Shown one piece after another: positions 20,256 to 29,750 of a stretch of DNA of 64,000 nt. The translations under genes and the position numbers were made by a program. The stretch spans positions 8,247-72,246 of the forward strand of contig CACFNI010000001.1 of NCBI GenBank assembly GCA_902567765.1, read 5' to 3'. Positions within the stretch are counted from its first letter, which is position 1. Each line of letters opens with the position of its first letter. This DNA comes from an uncultured Pelagibacteraceae bacterium. Lineage in GTDB: Bacteria > Pseudomonadota > Alphaproteobacteria > Pelagibacterales > Pelagibacteraceae. The notes beneath the pieces were generated by a model. That model was not told the DNA's origin. It worked only from the letters and a program-made list of their open reading frames with translations, and did no database searches.

Positions 20256-21518
20256 TTATTTATATAGATTGTAAATATCATTAATTTTATCAAACTCTTC
20301 ATCTTCTGATATAATTTTAGTTTCGAAAATATTTTTTCTTAATTTATTAGTAAATTCTACATTATTTAAAATTTTCTCCACAGAAAATACTAAATCTTCA
20401 AAGCAGTTTTTTTCAAGGATTATTCCATTTTCATTATTTTTAATTATATCATTTGCACCAAAGAAATTTGATACCACAGGTATAACATTGAAACTTAGAT
20501 ACTCTCTAATAATTGTGCCGTACGTCTCAAACAGTGAGGGGAGAATTCCTATATCAGCCCAAGAAAGTACGCTTTTAATTTCATTATGATTAAAATGATC
20601 AAAAAGTTCAATATTATTAAATTTTCCTAATTTTGATTTTTGTATTTTATTTTTATCCCCATAAATTCTTAATTTAATTTTATTTGGGTATTTTTTTAAC
20701 AATTTATCAAATGATTTTTCGACTATCTCCCAACCTTTTCTATATGCATATCCACCAGTATAAATAATATTAAAAGTTTCTTTACTAGTTTTTTTACTAA
20801 TAATTTTATTTATTTTAATGCCGTGTGGAATTACTGAATAAGGTTTTGTCATTTTTGCGTGAGTAAAAAAATAATCAGCAAATGATTTTGAGGGAAAAAT
20901 CAAATGATCATATATATTATCTATATGTGAATTTGCAATTTTATTTCTATCTTTCAATTTAATTTTTAACATTTGAAGATTTTTCTTTTTTTCATTTAAT
21001 AAAAAAGATTTTACTCTTTTTAAAAATTTATAATTTTTAAATATATTTTCAGAAATACAATCACTACATATGTCGGCATTTAATTTAAAGTTACAGAGAC
21101 TATTGTCTTTTTTTTTGTAAATTGGATGAACAAAATAACAAAAGTCTTCAAAAGCGCAGTAATGTCTTATTATTGGAACTTTTAAATTTGAAATTGAGTA
21201 TAAAAACTGAGAATCAAAGTGTAACCAATCGATAATATGAATTAAATCTGGCTTAAATGGTAATTTTAAATCTCGATCAATTTTGTCCTTTTTTTCATCG
21301 AAACCATTTAATCTCCATTCTGTTATTGAGGGTATCGAATAGTATAAAATATCGTTTTTTTTTAAAATTTTATAAAAATTTTCTTTGTTGTTTGTTGGTG
21401 TTACAACACATACATTAAAATTTTTATTCTTAGCAAGTAAAGCATATTGATTAGCTATTATTGGAGTTCCAGCGTTTAAATTCCATGAGTTAGCCTGAAC
21501 TATGTAAATTATATTCAT
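20256..21518 (-). CDS. Glycosyltransferase family 4 (GT-B fold)
   Basis: PDLIHI, VIPHGI, G....RKG, PSLFETYGTIIRE (Ex7E motif), NGII; Cys-rich insert. Confidence 0.88.
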   Translation of the reverse strand: MNIIYIVQANSWNLNAGTPIIANQYALLAKNKNFNVCVVTPTNNKENFYKILKKNDILYYSIPSITEWRLNGFDEKKDKIDRDLKLPFKPDLIHIIDWLHFDSQFLYSISNLKVPIIRHYCAFEDFCYFVHPIYKKKDNSLCNFKLNADICSDCISENIFKNYKFLKRVKSFLLNEKKKNLQMLKIKLKDRNKIANSHIDNIYDHLIFPSKSFADYFFTHAKMTKPYSVIPHGIKINKIISKKTSKETFNIIYTGGYAYRKGWEIVEKSFDKLLKKYPNKIKLRIYGDKNKIQKSKLGKFNNIELFDHFNHNEIKSVLSWADIGILPSLFETYGTIIREYLSFNVIPVVSNFFGANDIIKNNENGIILEKNCFEDLVFSVEKILNNVEFTNKLRKNIFETKIISEDEEFDKINDIYNLYK

Positions 21519-21591
21519 GACTTAATTATATAAATATAGAAAAAATACTAAAAATGATATTTATATTTGTATAGTGATACCCTTGTGATTA

Positions 21592-21686
21592 TGGCGGAAG
21601 GAGAGGGATTCGAACCCTCGGTACACCTTTTCAAGCGTACGGCGGTTTAGCAAACCGCTGGTTTAAACCAGCTCACCCATCCTTCC
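21592..21686 (-). tRNA. tRNA-Ser (GCT)
   Basis: Acceptor stem GGAAGGA/TCCTTCC, discriminator G, encoded CCA; anticodon arm GCGGT-TTGCTAA-ACCGC; long variable arm GTACGCTT-GAAA-AGGTGTAC; T arm GAGGG-TTCGAAT-CCCTC. Confidence 0.98.
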
Positions 21687-21695
21687 TTATTTAGG

Positions 21696-21741
21696 TGTGT
21701 AACTTGAAATCATTGAATATTCAATACTAATCAAGTAATTT
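21696..21741. promoter_or_regulatory. Putative overlapping divergent promoters (tRNA-Ser / soxB) around a perfect 14-bp palindrome
   Basis: ATTGAATATTCAAT at 21712-21725. Plus strand TTGAAT-N17-TAATTT; minus strand TTGAAT-N17-TACACA. Confidence 0.5.
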
Positions 21742-21751
21742 CACTCAGAAA

Positions 21752-23005
21752 ATGAAAAATAAATACTCGATATTTTCACTTATAAAAAATGCCTTAAGTA
21801 ACCATGAAAATTGGCAAAGAGCATGGAGAGATCCTGAACCAAAAAAAGAGTACGATGCAATTATTGTTGGTGGAGGTGGTCATGGTTTAGCTACAGCTTA
21901 TTATTTAGCAAAAAAACATGGTATGACAAATATAGCTGTTGTTGAAAAAGGATGGATTGGTGGTGGTAACACTGGTCGAAATACTACAATAATTAGATCT
22001 AACTATTTATGGGATGCAAGCGCAGGATTATATGATCATGCTTTAAAAATATGGGAGAACTTATCCCAAGAATTAAATTATAATGTGATGTTTAGTCAAA
22101 GAGGAGTTATGAACCTAGCTCATAATCTTCAAGATGTGAGAGATCTAAAAAGAAGAACTCATGCAAATAGATTAAATGGAATAGACGCTGTATGGTTAAA
22201 TACAGAAGAAGTTAAAAAATTCTGTCCAATTATAAATACTTCACCAAATATCAGATATCCTGTTTTGGGTGGAACACTTCAAAGAAGGGCTGGAACAGCA
22301 AGACATGATGCTGTTGCTTGGGGTTATGCTCGCGGAGCAGATGCTATGGGTGTTGATATAATTCAAAATTGTGAGGTAAAAGGCATTAAAAGAAACGGTG
22401 ATCGTGTAGATGGAATTGAAACAAACAAGGGTTTCATCAAAACAAAAAAAATTGGAGTTGTTGCAGCAGGTCATTCGAGTGTTATAGCAAACATGGCTGG
22501 TATAAAATTGCCTTTGGAAAGTAAACCTTTACAAGCTCTCGTATCTGAACCGGTAAAACCGATTATAGATACTGTAGTAATGTCAAATGCAGTTCATGCT
22601 TATGTAAGTCAATCTGATAAAGGAGAATTAGTTATTGGAGCTGGAACCGATGCTTATGTTTCGTACACGCAAAGAGGAAGTCATGATGTAATTGAAGGAA
22701 CTTTAAAAGCAATATTGGAGCTGTACCCTATTTTTAGTAGAATGAAAATGTTAAGACAATGGGGAGGTATTGTTGACATCTGTCCAGACGCTAGTCCTAT
22801 AATAAGTAAAACAAATATTAAAGGTTTATATTTTAATTGTGGTTGGGGAACAGGAGGGTTTAAAGCAACACCTGGGTCCGGTGATCTTTTTGCTCATACT
22901 ATCGCAAACGATGAACCTCATAAATTAAATGCTGCTTTTAATTTAAATAGATTTGTTAGTGGTGATCTAGTTGATGAACATGGAGCAGCTGCTGTTGCGC
23001 ACTAA
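21752..23005 (+). CDS. soxB: Heterotetrameric sarcosine oxidase subunit beta
   Basis: [59 protein letters not shown]-terminus. Confidence 0.97.
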   Translation: MKNKYSIFSLIKNALSNHENWQRAWRDPEPKKEYDAIIVGGGGHGLATAYYLAKKHGMTNIAVVEKGWIGGGNTGRNTTIIRSNYLWDASAGLYDHALKIWENLSQELNYNVMFSQRGVMNLAHNLQDVRDLKRRTHANRLNGIDAVWLNTEEVKKFCPIINTSPNIRYPVLGGTLQRRAGTARHDAVAWGYARGADAMGVDIIQNCEVKGIKRNGDRVDGIETNKGFIKTKKIGVVAAGHSSVIANMAGIKLPLESKPLQALVSEPVKPIIDTVVMSNAVHAYVSQSDKGELVIGAGTDAYVSYTQRGSHDVIEGTLKAILELYPIFSRMKMLRQWGGIVDICPDASPIISKTNIKGLYFNCGWGTGGFKATPGSGDLFAHTIANDEPHKLNAAFNLNRFVSGDLVDEHGAAAVAH

Positions 23006-23280
23006 TGTTTATAATTAATTGTCCATATTGCGGAGAAAGAGATCAATCAGAGTTTTCCTGTGGTGGTGAAGCCCATATAGAAAGACCTAAACAACCCACA
23101 GAATTAAGTGATGATCAATGGGCTGAATATTTGTTTATGAGAAAAAATATCAAAGGCATCCAATTTGAGAGATGGAACCATGCGCATGGATGCAGAAAAT
23201 GGTTTAATGTAGTTAGAGATACATCAAATGATAAAATTCACGCAGTATACAAAATGGGAGAAAGACCTCCTTTAAAATAG
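23005..23280 (+). CDS. soxD: Sarcosine oxidase subunit delta
   Basis: CPYCGERDQSEF..GGEAHIERP, ERW.HAHGCRKWFN. Confidence 0.97.
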   Translation: MFIINCPYCGERDQSEFSCGGEAHIERPKQPTELSDDQWAEYLFMRKNIKGIQFERWNHAHGCRKWFNVVRDTSNDKIHAVYKMGERPPLK

Positions 23281-23282
23281 TT

Positions 23283-26200
23283 ATGTCAAAAAGTTTACGT
23301 ATAAATAAAAATAATTTTATTGATCAAACTATAAGAGTATCATTTAAATTTAATGGTCAAAAACTCTTTGGTTTTAAAGGAGATACTCTTGCTTCTGCCT
23401 TATTAGCCAATGATATACATCTAGTTGGAAGAAGTTTTAAATACCATCGACCAAGAGGAATTATGACTTGTGGATCAGAGGAACCAAATGCAATTATTCA
23501 AATAGGTAATGATCCCTCTTCAACAGAACCAAACGTAAGAGCTACTGAAATTGAACTTTATGAGGGATTAGAGTCATTTAGTCAAAATTGTTGGCCTAGT
23601 GTTAATTTCGATATAGGAGGAATAAATAATTTTTTATCCCCTCTCCTTCCTGCAGGTTTTTATTATAAAACTTTTATGTGGCCAGCAAGTTTTTGGGAAA
23701 AATATGAATTTTTTATCAGACATTCTGCAGGGCTTGGTAAATCTCCTACAAAACCAGATACTGATTTATATGATCATCAATATGCTCATTGCGATGTGTT
23801 AGTTATTGGAGGAGGTATTTCAGGAATTTTGTCTGCTAAATTGGCAGCCGAAAAAGGCTTAAACACAATACTAATAGATGATAAAAATTGTTTAGGCGGA
23901 TCTACCATTTATCAAGAAGATGATTGTTTTAAAATAAATAATGAGTACTCAAACAAATGGCTCAAGAAAGAAATCGACAATTTAAAAAATTATCCAAATT
24001 TACTTATAAAAAAAAGAACAAGTGTTGCAGCGTTTCATGGGTATAATTATTTACTAGCAAAAGAAAATTTAACAGATCATTTGGGTATAAATGAAAGAAA
24101 AAATAAAATTAGACAAAGACTTTGGAAAATAAGAGCCAAAAAAGTAGTTATTGCAACAGGATCTATTGAAAGACCATTAATATTTAATAACAACGATAGA
24201 CCTGGAATTCTATTAAACTCCTCTATAAAAAAATATATTGATTTTTTTGGAGTGAAAAGTGGAAACGAAATTTCTCTGTTTACAAATAATGATAGCACTT
24301 ATGAAACTGCTATATCGTTAAACAAAAGTGGGGTCAAAGTAAATACAATTATAGATATAAGAGAAAATTCCAATTCTACTTTAGTTAAAAAGGTTCAAAA
24401 GATTGGTATTAATATTTTATGGAGCCATACTATAGTCAATACTAATGGATACAAAAGAATAAAATCTATAAATGTTCAGAAATTATCAGCGGATGGTGAA
24501 AATGTAGTTGGAAAAAAAATAAAAATTAATTGTGATTGCTTGGGTATGTCAGGTGGATGGACACCTATGGTACATTTATTTACACAGTCTGGTGGAAAAT
24601 TAAAATTTAAAGATGAAAATTATATTTTTATACCAGATATTAATAAATCACCTTCAGATCAAATTAGTGTTGGATCCTGTAATGGAATTTTCGAGTTGGA
24701 TGATTTAATAACTAATACCATTAAAAATATCAAAATTTTTTTAGACTTAGATAAAACGATTTATGATAATTTAAATGTTATTTGTTCAAAAGAAACTGAA
24801 AAAAGAAATATATGGTTGTTACCATCAGATAAACCGCTTTCTAAAACGAAGCCTTTTCTAGATTTCCAAAATGACTCAACTGCAAAAGATGTTAAATTGG
24901 CTCTTAGAGAGGGTTTTAAATCTATTGAACACGTTAAAAGATATACAACGACAGGTATGGGTACTGATCAAGGGAAATTATCAAACATGCATGCTTTAGG
25001 AATTATTGCAGACACAACTGGAACAAATATGGGTGATCTAGGAACAACAACTTTTAGACCTCCTTTTACCCCTCTTACGTTTGGATCAATTGTAGGGAGA
25101 AATGTTGGTGAATTTTTTGATCACATAAGAAAAACCGCAATACATGATTGGCATGTTGAAAATAATGCTAAATTTGAAAATGTTGGCCAGTGGAAGAGAG
25201 CTTGGTATTTTCCTAAAAATAATGAAACAATGTTTCAAGCAGTTCAGAGAGAAAGTAAAGCAGCTAGAGATAACGCTGGCATTCTTGACGCCTCAACTTT
25301 AGGAAAGATTGATATTCAAGGCACTGATGCATCTGAATTTTTAAATAGAGTATATACAAACGCTTGGTCAAAACTTGCCATAGGAAAATGCCGATATGGA
25401 CTTATGTTAAATGAAGATGGAATGGTTTATGATGATGGAGTTACAACTAGACTTGGTGAAAATCATTATATTATGACAACAACGACAGGGGGAGCTGCTA
25501 ACGTGCTCTCGAAACTTGAAGATTACCTTCAAACAGAGTGGCCTGAATTAGACGTCTATTTGACAACTGTTACAGATCAATACTCAACCATAAGTATTTG
25601 TGGTCCAAGATCAAAAAATATTGTGAAAAAAATTATTCCTGATTTAGATCTGTCTGATGCAAATTTTCCACATATGTCATTCAAAAATTCTAAAATAGAT
25701 AATGTAAATTGTAGAGTTATGAGAATAAGTTTTACTGGCGAACACAGTTATGAAATTAATATTCAGTCTAATTATGCGAAAGATGTTTGGATAAAATGTA
25801 TGGATGCTGGAAAAGAGTTTAATATAACACCTTATGGAACTGAGACTATGCACCTTTTAAGAGCTGAAAAAGGTTTCATAATTACAGGACAAGATACAGA
25901 TGGAACATTGACACCTTCTGATTTGCAAATGGACTGGATTATTGGAAAAAAGAAATATGATTTTATTGGAAAAAGATCTCTTTATAGAAGCGACACCATT
26001 AGAGATGATAGAAAACAATTAGTTGGACTTTTGACTGAAGATCCCTTGGAAGTCCTGGAGGAAGGTGCTCAGTTAGTAGAGGATATAAATAAAAAACCGA
26101 TTGAAATGCTTGGGCATGTAACTTCAAGCTATTTTAGTCCCAATTTAAAAAAATCAATTGCTCTTGCTGTTGTAAGAGGTGGAAAGAAGATGAAAGGAAA

Positions 26201-26294
26201 AAAGCTTATTGTGCCAATGGAAAATAAAAATATTAACGTAACTATAACAGATACTGTGTTTTATGATAAAGAAAATAAGAGGTTAAATGCTTAA
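23283..26294 (+). CDS. soxA: Sarcosine oxidase subunit alpha
   Basis: GDTLASALLAN, RSFKYHRPRG, KRYTTTGMGTDQGK, C-terminal GcvT-like folate-binding domain. Confidence 0.97.
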   Translation: MSKSLRINKNNFIDQTIRVSFKFNGQKLFGFKGDTLASALLANDIHLVGRSFKYHRPRGIMTCGSEEPNAIIQIGNDPSSTEPNVRATEIELYEGLESFSQNCWPSVNFDIGGINNFLSPLLPAGFYYKTFMWPASFWEKYEFFIRHSAGLGKSPTKPDTDLYDHQYAHCDVLVIGGGISGILSAKLAAEKGLNTILIDDKNCLGGSTIYQEDDCFKINNEYSNKWLKKEIDNLKNYPNLLIKKRTSVAAFHGYNYLLAKENLTDHLGINERKNKIRQRLWKIRAKKVVIATGSIERPLIFNNNDRPGILLNSSIKKYIDFFGVKSGNEISLFTNNDSTYETAISLNKSGVKVNTIIDIRENSNSTLVKKVQKIGINILWSHTIVNTNGYKRIKSINVQKLSADGENVVGKKIKINCDCLGMSGGWTPMVHLFTQSGGKLKFKDENYIFIPDINKSPSDQISVGSCNGIFELDDLITNTIKNIKIFLDLDKTIYDNLNVICSKETEKRNIWLLPSDKPLSKTKPFLDFQNDSTAKDVKLALREGFKSIEHVKRYTTTGMGTDQGKLSNMHALGIIADTTGTNMGDLGTTTFRPPFTPLTFGSIVGRNVGEFFDHIRKTAIHDWHVENNAKFENVGQWKRAWYFPKNNETMFQAVQRESKAARDNAGILDASTLGKIDIQGTDASEFLNRVYTNAWSKLAIGKCRYGLMLNEDGMVYDDGVTTRLGENHYIMTTTTGGAANVLSKLEDYLQTEWPELDVYLTTVTDQYSTISICGPRSKNIVKKIIPDLDLSDANFPHMSFKNSKIDNVNCRVMRISFTGEHSYEINIQSNYAKDVWIKCMDAGKEFNITPYGTETMHLLRAEKGFIITGQDTDGTLTPSDLQMDWIIGKKKYDFIGKRSLYRSDTIRDDRKQLVGLLTEDPLEVLEEGAQLVEDINKKPIEMLGHVTSSYFSPNLKKSIALAVVRGGKKMKGKKLIVPMENKNINVTITDTVFYDKENKRLNA

Positions 26295-26850
26295 TTTTAA
26301 TTCAACTATTAAAGAGGAAAAAATATTTGGTGATATAAAAATTGCAGAAGTTGAACCTATAATAAAAATAAATTTAAGAAGTAAAAAAAGAGAATTTTCA
26401 AAAAAAATAGGAAAGATTCTATCTATATTACCTCCGACTGAAGCAAACACTTCGTCAGGCAATGAAGGTTATAATTTACTCTGGTTAAGCCCAGATGAAT
26501 GGTTGGTATACTCAAATAATAAAAAACAATCTTTAAAAGAACAAATAGATTTGGAAGATAGATTGTTTGATGAAATTTCTAAATTAAACCAAGGTGCTGT
26601 AACTAACGTGTCTGATCATTGGGTAATGATTAATTTTAAAGGTAACAAAATTTATGATTTATTATCAAAAAGTTGCCCTTTTAATTTTAATGAATTTAAA
26701 AGAAAAAAAGGCTCTGTAACTCAAACCTTATTCAATCATATAGATGTTATATTACATAATAGAGATAATAATGAATTAAATTTATTTGTAAGAAGATCTT
26801 TTTCAGAAGATTTATGGTTATGGATTAACGACAGTGCTAGATTTATATAG
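26287..26850 (+). CDS. soxG: Sarcosine oxidase subunit gamma
   Basis: WLSPDEWL, VRRSFS..LW.W; operon position. Confidence 0.92.
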   Translation: MLNFNSTIKEEKIFGDIKIAEVEPIIKINLRSKKREFSKKIGKILSILPPTEANTSSGNEGYNLLWLSPDEWLVYSNNKKQSLKEQIDLEDRLFDEISKLNQGAVTNVSDHWVMINFKGNKIYDLLSKSCPFNFNEFKRKKGSVTQTLFNHIDVILHNRDNNELNLFVRRSFSEDLWLWINDSARFI

Positions 26851-28173
26851 CTTATTATTAAGATAATAGTTCACAACGATTAGTAAAATAATTGATACAA
26901 GCCATTGAAAAATTACCCATAACCAAAAGAAATTATCATAATCTACGCTTAAATACTTAGCTAGATAAAATACAATTATAGGTACCAAAACATTTCTAGC
27001 TATATTATTTAGCATCGCGTTTTCAGATTTTTTAAGAGCCATAAAAAAACCATTGGTAAGAAAAAAGAAAGGATAAGCTGGTAAAACAAATGCAGATATT
27101 TTTAAATATCTTTTTCCATAATCTATTACTTCAAAATTATCTGAAAAAAATTTTGGTATAATGTTTGCTGTTAAAAATATTATAACACCTGATATAACCA
27201 TTATAAAAAAAGAATATTTAATTGCTGTAAAATATGTTTCTTTAACTCTATCGTATTTTTTAGCTCCATAGTTTTGTGCGATAATAGATATTAATGCAGT
27301 GTTAATGCCAAGGATGGGTAAAAGGACGACTTGCTCTATTCTTGTTGCTGCCCCGTATCCTGCGGTTGCAAATTCATTAGTCATGCCAACGTAAGTAAAA
27401 ATAATTGCAGCTGCTACTGAATAACCACAAATTGCTATAGTTATTGGCATTGATTGAAAGAAAATATTTATTAAATAATTCAGTTTTGGATATAAAAAAT
27501 CTTTTGCTAAACTTTTTAGTCTCTTATTTTGCAAAATTTTTAAAAATATAATTATAAAAGATATTAGTTGAGCAACAATTGTTGACACGCCAATTCCAGT
27601 AACACCTAGCGCTGGAATGAATAAAAAACCAAATATGAAAATTGGATTTAATATAATATTTAAAATGAATGACAAAATTAAAACATTTCTATATGTTTTT
27701 GTGTCACCTTCAGCGTGCAATAAAGAATTCAAAGCAACAACTAAAATAAATAAAAAAGACCCTGAAAAAATAATATTTGTATACTCAAGACCCAAATTTG
27801 TTACTATATCTGTAGAACCCATTAAATAGTAAATTTTTTTAGAAAAAATTAATCCTACAAATGTAATAACAATCGATATTAAAAATCCAAAATAAATTGT
27901 ATTAATGAAATAACTTAAAACTTTTTTTTTATTATTCTCTCCTATGCTATTACCAATTAAGGCTGTTCCTGCAACTGTAACTCCTATACATGTTGCAATA
28001 ATAATAAAATAAATTGGAAAAGACTTAGATAATGCAGATAAAGCTTCTGGTGAAATTTTACCTGCATAGAAAGTATCAACAATATTATAGAGTGTTTGAA
28101 ATAGCGTTCCAACGCTAGCTGGAATTGCCAATTTTTTAACAAGATCAGGTATATTATCTTTTAGTAAATTCAT
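26818..28173 (-). CDS. MATE family efflux transporter
   Basis: LAIP...QTLYNIVDTFYAG, EGDTKT, NIILNPIFIFG, many TM helices, AQNYGAK. Confidence 0.92.
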   Translation of the reverse strand: MNLLKDNIPDLVKKLAIPASVGTLFQTLYNIVDTFYAGKISPEALSALSKSFPIYFIIIATCIGVTVAGTALIGNSIGENNKKKVLSYFINTIYFGFLISIVITFVGLIFSKKIYYLMGSTDIVTNLGLEYTNIIFSGSFLFILVVALNSLLHAEGDTKTYRNVLILSFILNIILNPIFIFGFLFIPALGVTGIGVSTIVAQLISFIIIFLKILQNKRLKSLAKDFLYPKLNYLINIFFQSMPITIAICGYSVAAAIIFTYVGMTNEFATAGYGAATRIEQVVLLPILGINTALISIIAQNYGAKKYDRVKETYFTAIKYSFFIMVISGVIIFLTANIIPKFFSDNFEVIDYGKRYLKISAFVLPAYPFFFLTNGFFMALKKSENAMLNNIARNVLVPIIVFYLAKYLSVDYDNFFWLWVIFQWLVSIILLIVVNYYLNNKLYKSSTVVNP

Positions 28174-28189
28174 TTATGGATCAAAGATT

Positions 28190-29089
28190 TTAATATTCTT
28201 TTTGGAAGATATGTCTCTTCTTGCTCTTTTTTGCAAGACTAATTTGTTTTTGTCTCATTCTAAATCTATCTTTTTGAATATTTGTCAAAATATCGTGACA
28301 TCTTGGACAAGAAACCCCTTCCTCGTATTTTATTGATTTTTTATCTTTGGTTGAAATTGGTTTTCTGCAACCACTACACATCGAAAACGATCCCTTAACT
28401 AATTCATGTTTAACACTAATTCTATTATCGAAAACAAAACACTCACCTTTCCACAAGCTGTCCTTTTTTTTTATTGTTTTTAAGTAGTTTAAAATTCCTC
28501 CTTTAAGTTGATAAACATTTTTAAATCCTCTTTTTTCTAAAAAAACAGAGGCTTTTTCACATCTGATGCCACCCGTGCAAAACATAGCAACAGGTTTATT
28601 TTTATTTAACTTTTTTAAAAACTTTGGAAACTCTCTAAAGTTATTTATCTTTGGATTTATTGAGTTTTTAAATGAACCCACCTCATACTCAAATGGCTTT
28701 CTTGCATCAATCAAAGTCGTATTTTCGTCAGAAATAATTTTATTCCATTTTTTTGGGCTTATTTGACCATTAAGACTTCTTTTATTAATATTTATTCCCA
28801 TTGGAACTAATTCCTTTTTAATTTTTAATTTACACTTATGAAAAGGTTGAAATTTATTTAAAGAAAAATTCTCACTATCAAAATTTAAAAAATTGAAAAC
28901 TTTTTTAATTTTTTTAATTCCCAAATTTAGATTATTTTTTTTTCCAGAAATTGTTCCATTAATACCCTCGTTCGACAAAATAATCGTTCCACGAATTTCA
29001 TTTTTAATAAAAAAAATATTTAAGATTTTCTTATTTTTTTTTATCTCTTTTATTTTTTTAAATTTATAAAATCCAAAAATATAAAACAT
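28190..29089 (-). CDS. trhO: O2-dependent tRNA uridine(34) hydroxylase (YceA/UPF0176 rhodanese family)
   Basis: GTII.SNEGINGT, KELV.MG, IDAR..FEYEVGSF, MFCTGGIRCEKA, QLKGGILNYL, GECFVFDNR, C-terminal Cys pairs. Confidence 0.93.
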   Translation of the reverse strand: MFYIFGFYKFKKIKEIKKNKKILNIFFIKNEIRGTIILSNEGINGTISGKKNNLNLGIKKIKKVFNFLNFDSENFSLNKFQPFHKCKLKIKKELVPMGININKRSLNGQISPKKWNKIISDENTTLIDARKPFEYEVGSFKNSINPKINNFREFPKFLKKLNKNKPVAMFCTGGIRCEKASVFLEKRGFKNVYQLKGGILNYLKTIKKKDSLWKGECFVFDNRISVKHELVKGSFSMCSGCRKPISTKDKKSIKYEEGVSCPRCHDILTNIQKDRFRMRQKQISLAKKSKKRHIFQKEY

Positions 29090-29745
29090 TATAATTTTCT
29101 ACAGATAGTTAAGCCATCACCAATAGGCATCATAACTTTTTCAGTTTTTTTGTCTTTTTTAATATAAGTGTTAAAATCTCTTATAAATGTTGTTATTTTA
29201 TCATTTTTATTTTTCTTAACAACATCTCCATACCATAAAACGTTATCAATAATTATTAATCCATTTTTTTTAATCAGATCGATGCTATGGTCATAATAAT
29301 TTTTATAATTTTCTTTATCTGCATCTATAAATATAAGATCGAATTTTTCACCCTCTTTTTTTAAAATTTTTATACTTTCTAGAGCTGGTTTGACCATTAA
29401 CTTTATTTTATTTTCTTGATTAGCTTTTTTAATATAATTGAAAGCAACATCTGATGTTTTTTTATTTTTATCCAAGGCTATTAATTCACCATCATCAGGT
29501 AAAGCTTGTAACATTGATACGGTGCTTAATCCGGTAAAAGTTCCAATTTCTAAAATTTTTTTTACATTAGATGATTTAATTAATAAATGCAGAAAATGAC
29601 ATTGACTTTCTGCAATTTGCATTTTTTTAATTTCACCAAGACTTTTATTATACGAAATAATTTCTTTCTGAATTGGACTCAAATTTAAAGAATTATCACT
29701 AATATATTTTTCTATATCATTTGTAATTTGTAAATTTTTACCCAT
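29089..29745 (-). CDS. SAM-dependent O-methyltransferase (caffeoyl-CoA OMT / TrmR-like, Methyltransf_3)
   Basis: LEIGTFTGLS, FDLIFIDADKENY..Y, IIDNVLWYG, PIGDGLT. Confidence 0.92.
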   Translation of the reverse strand: MGKNLQITNDIEKYISDNSLNLSPIQKEIISYNKSLGEIKKMQIAESQCHFLHLLIKSSNVKKILEIGTFTGLSTVSMLQALPDDGELIALDKNKKTSDVAFNYIKKANQENKIKLMVKPALESIKILKKEGEKFDLIFIDADKENYKNYYDHSIDLIKKNGLIIIDNVLWYGDVVKKNKNDKITTFIRDFNTYIKKDKKTEKVMMPIGDGLTICRKL

Positions 29746-29750
29746 TTAGG

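Noticed and set aside
19400-21700. Prophage or integrative element at tRNA-Ser
   Set aside because: No integrase, no phage genes and no visible duplicate of the tRNA 3' end; kept only as a small islet.
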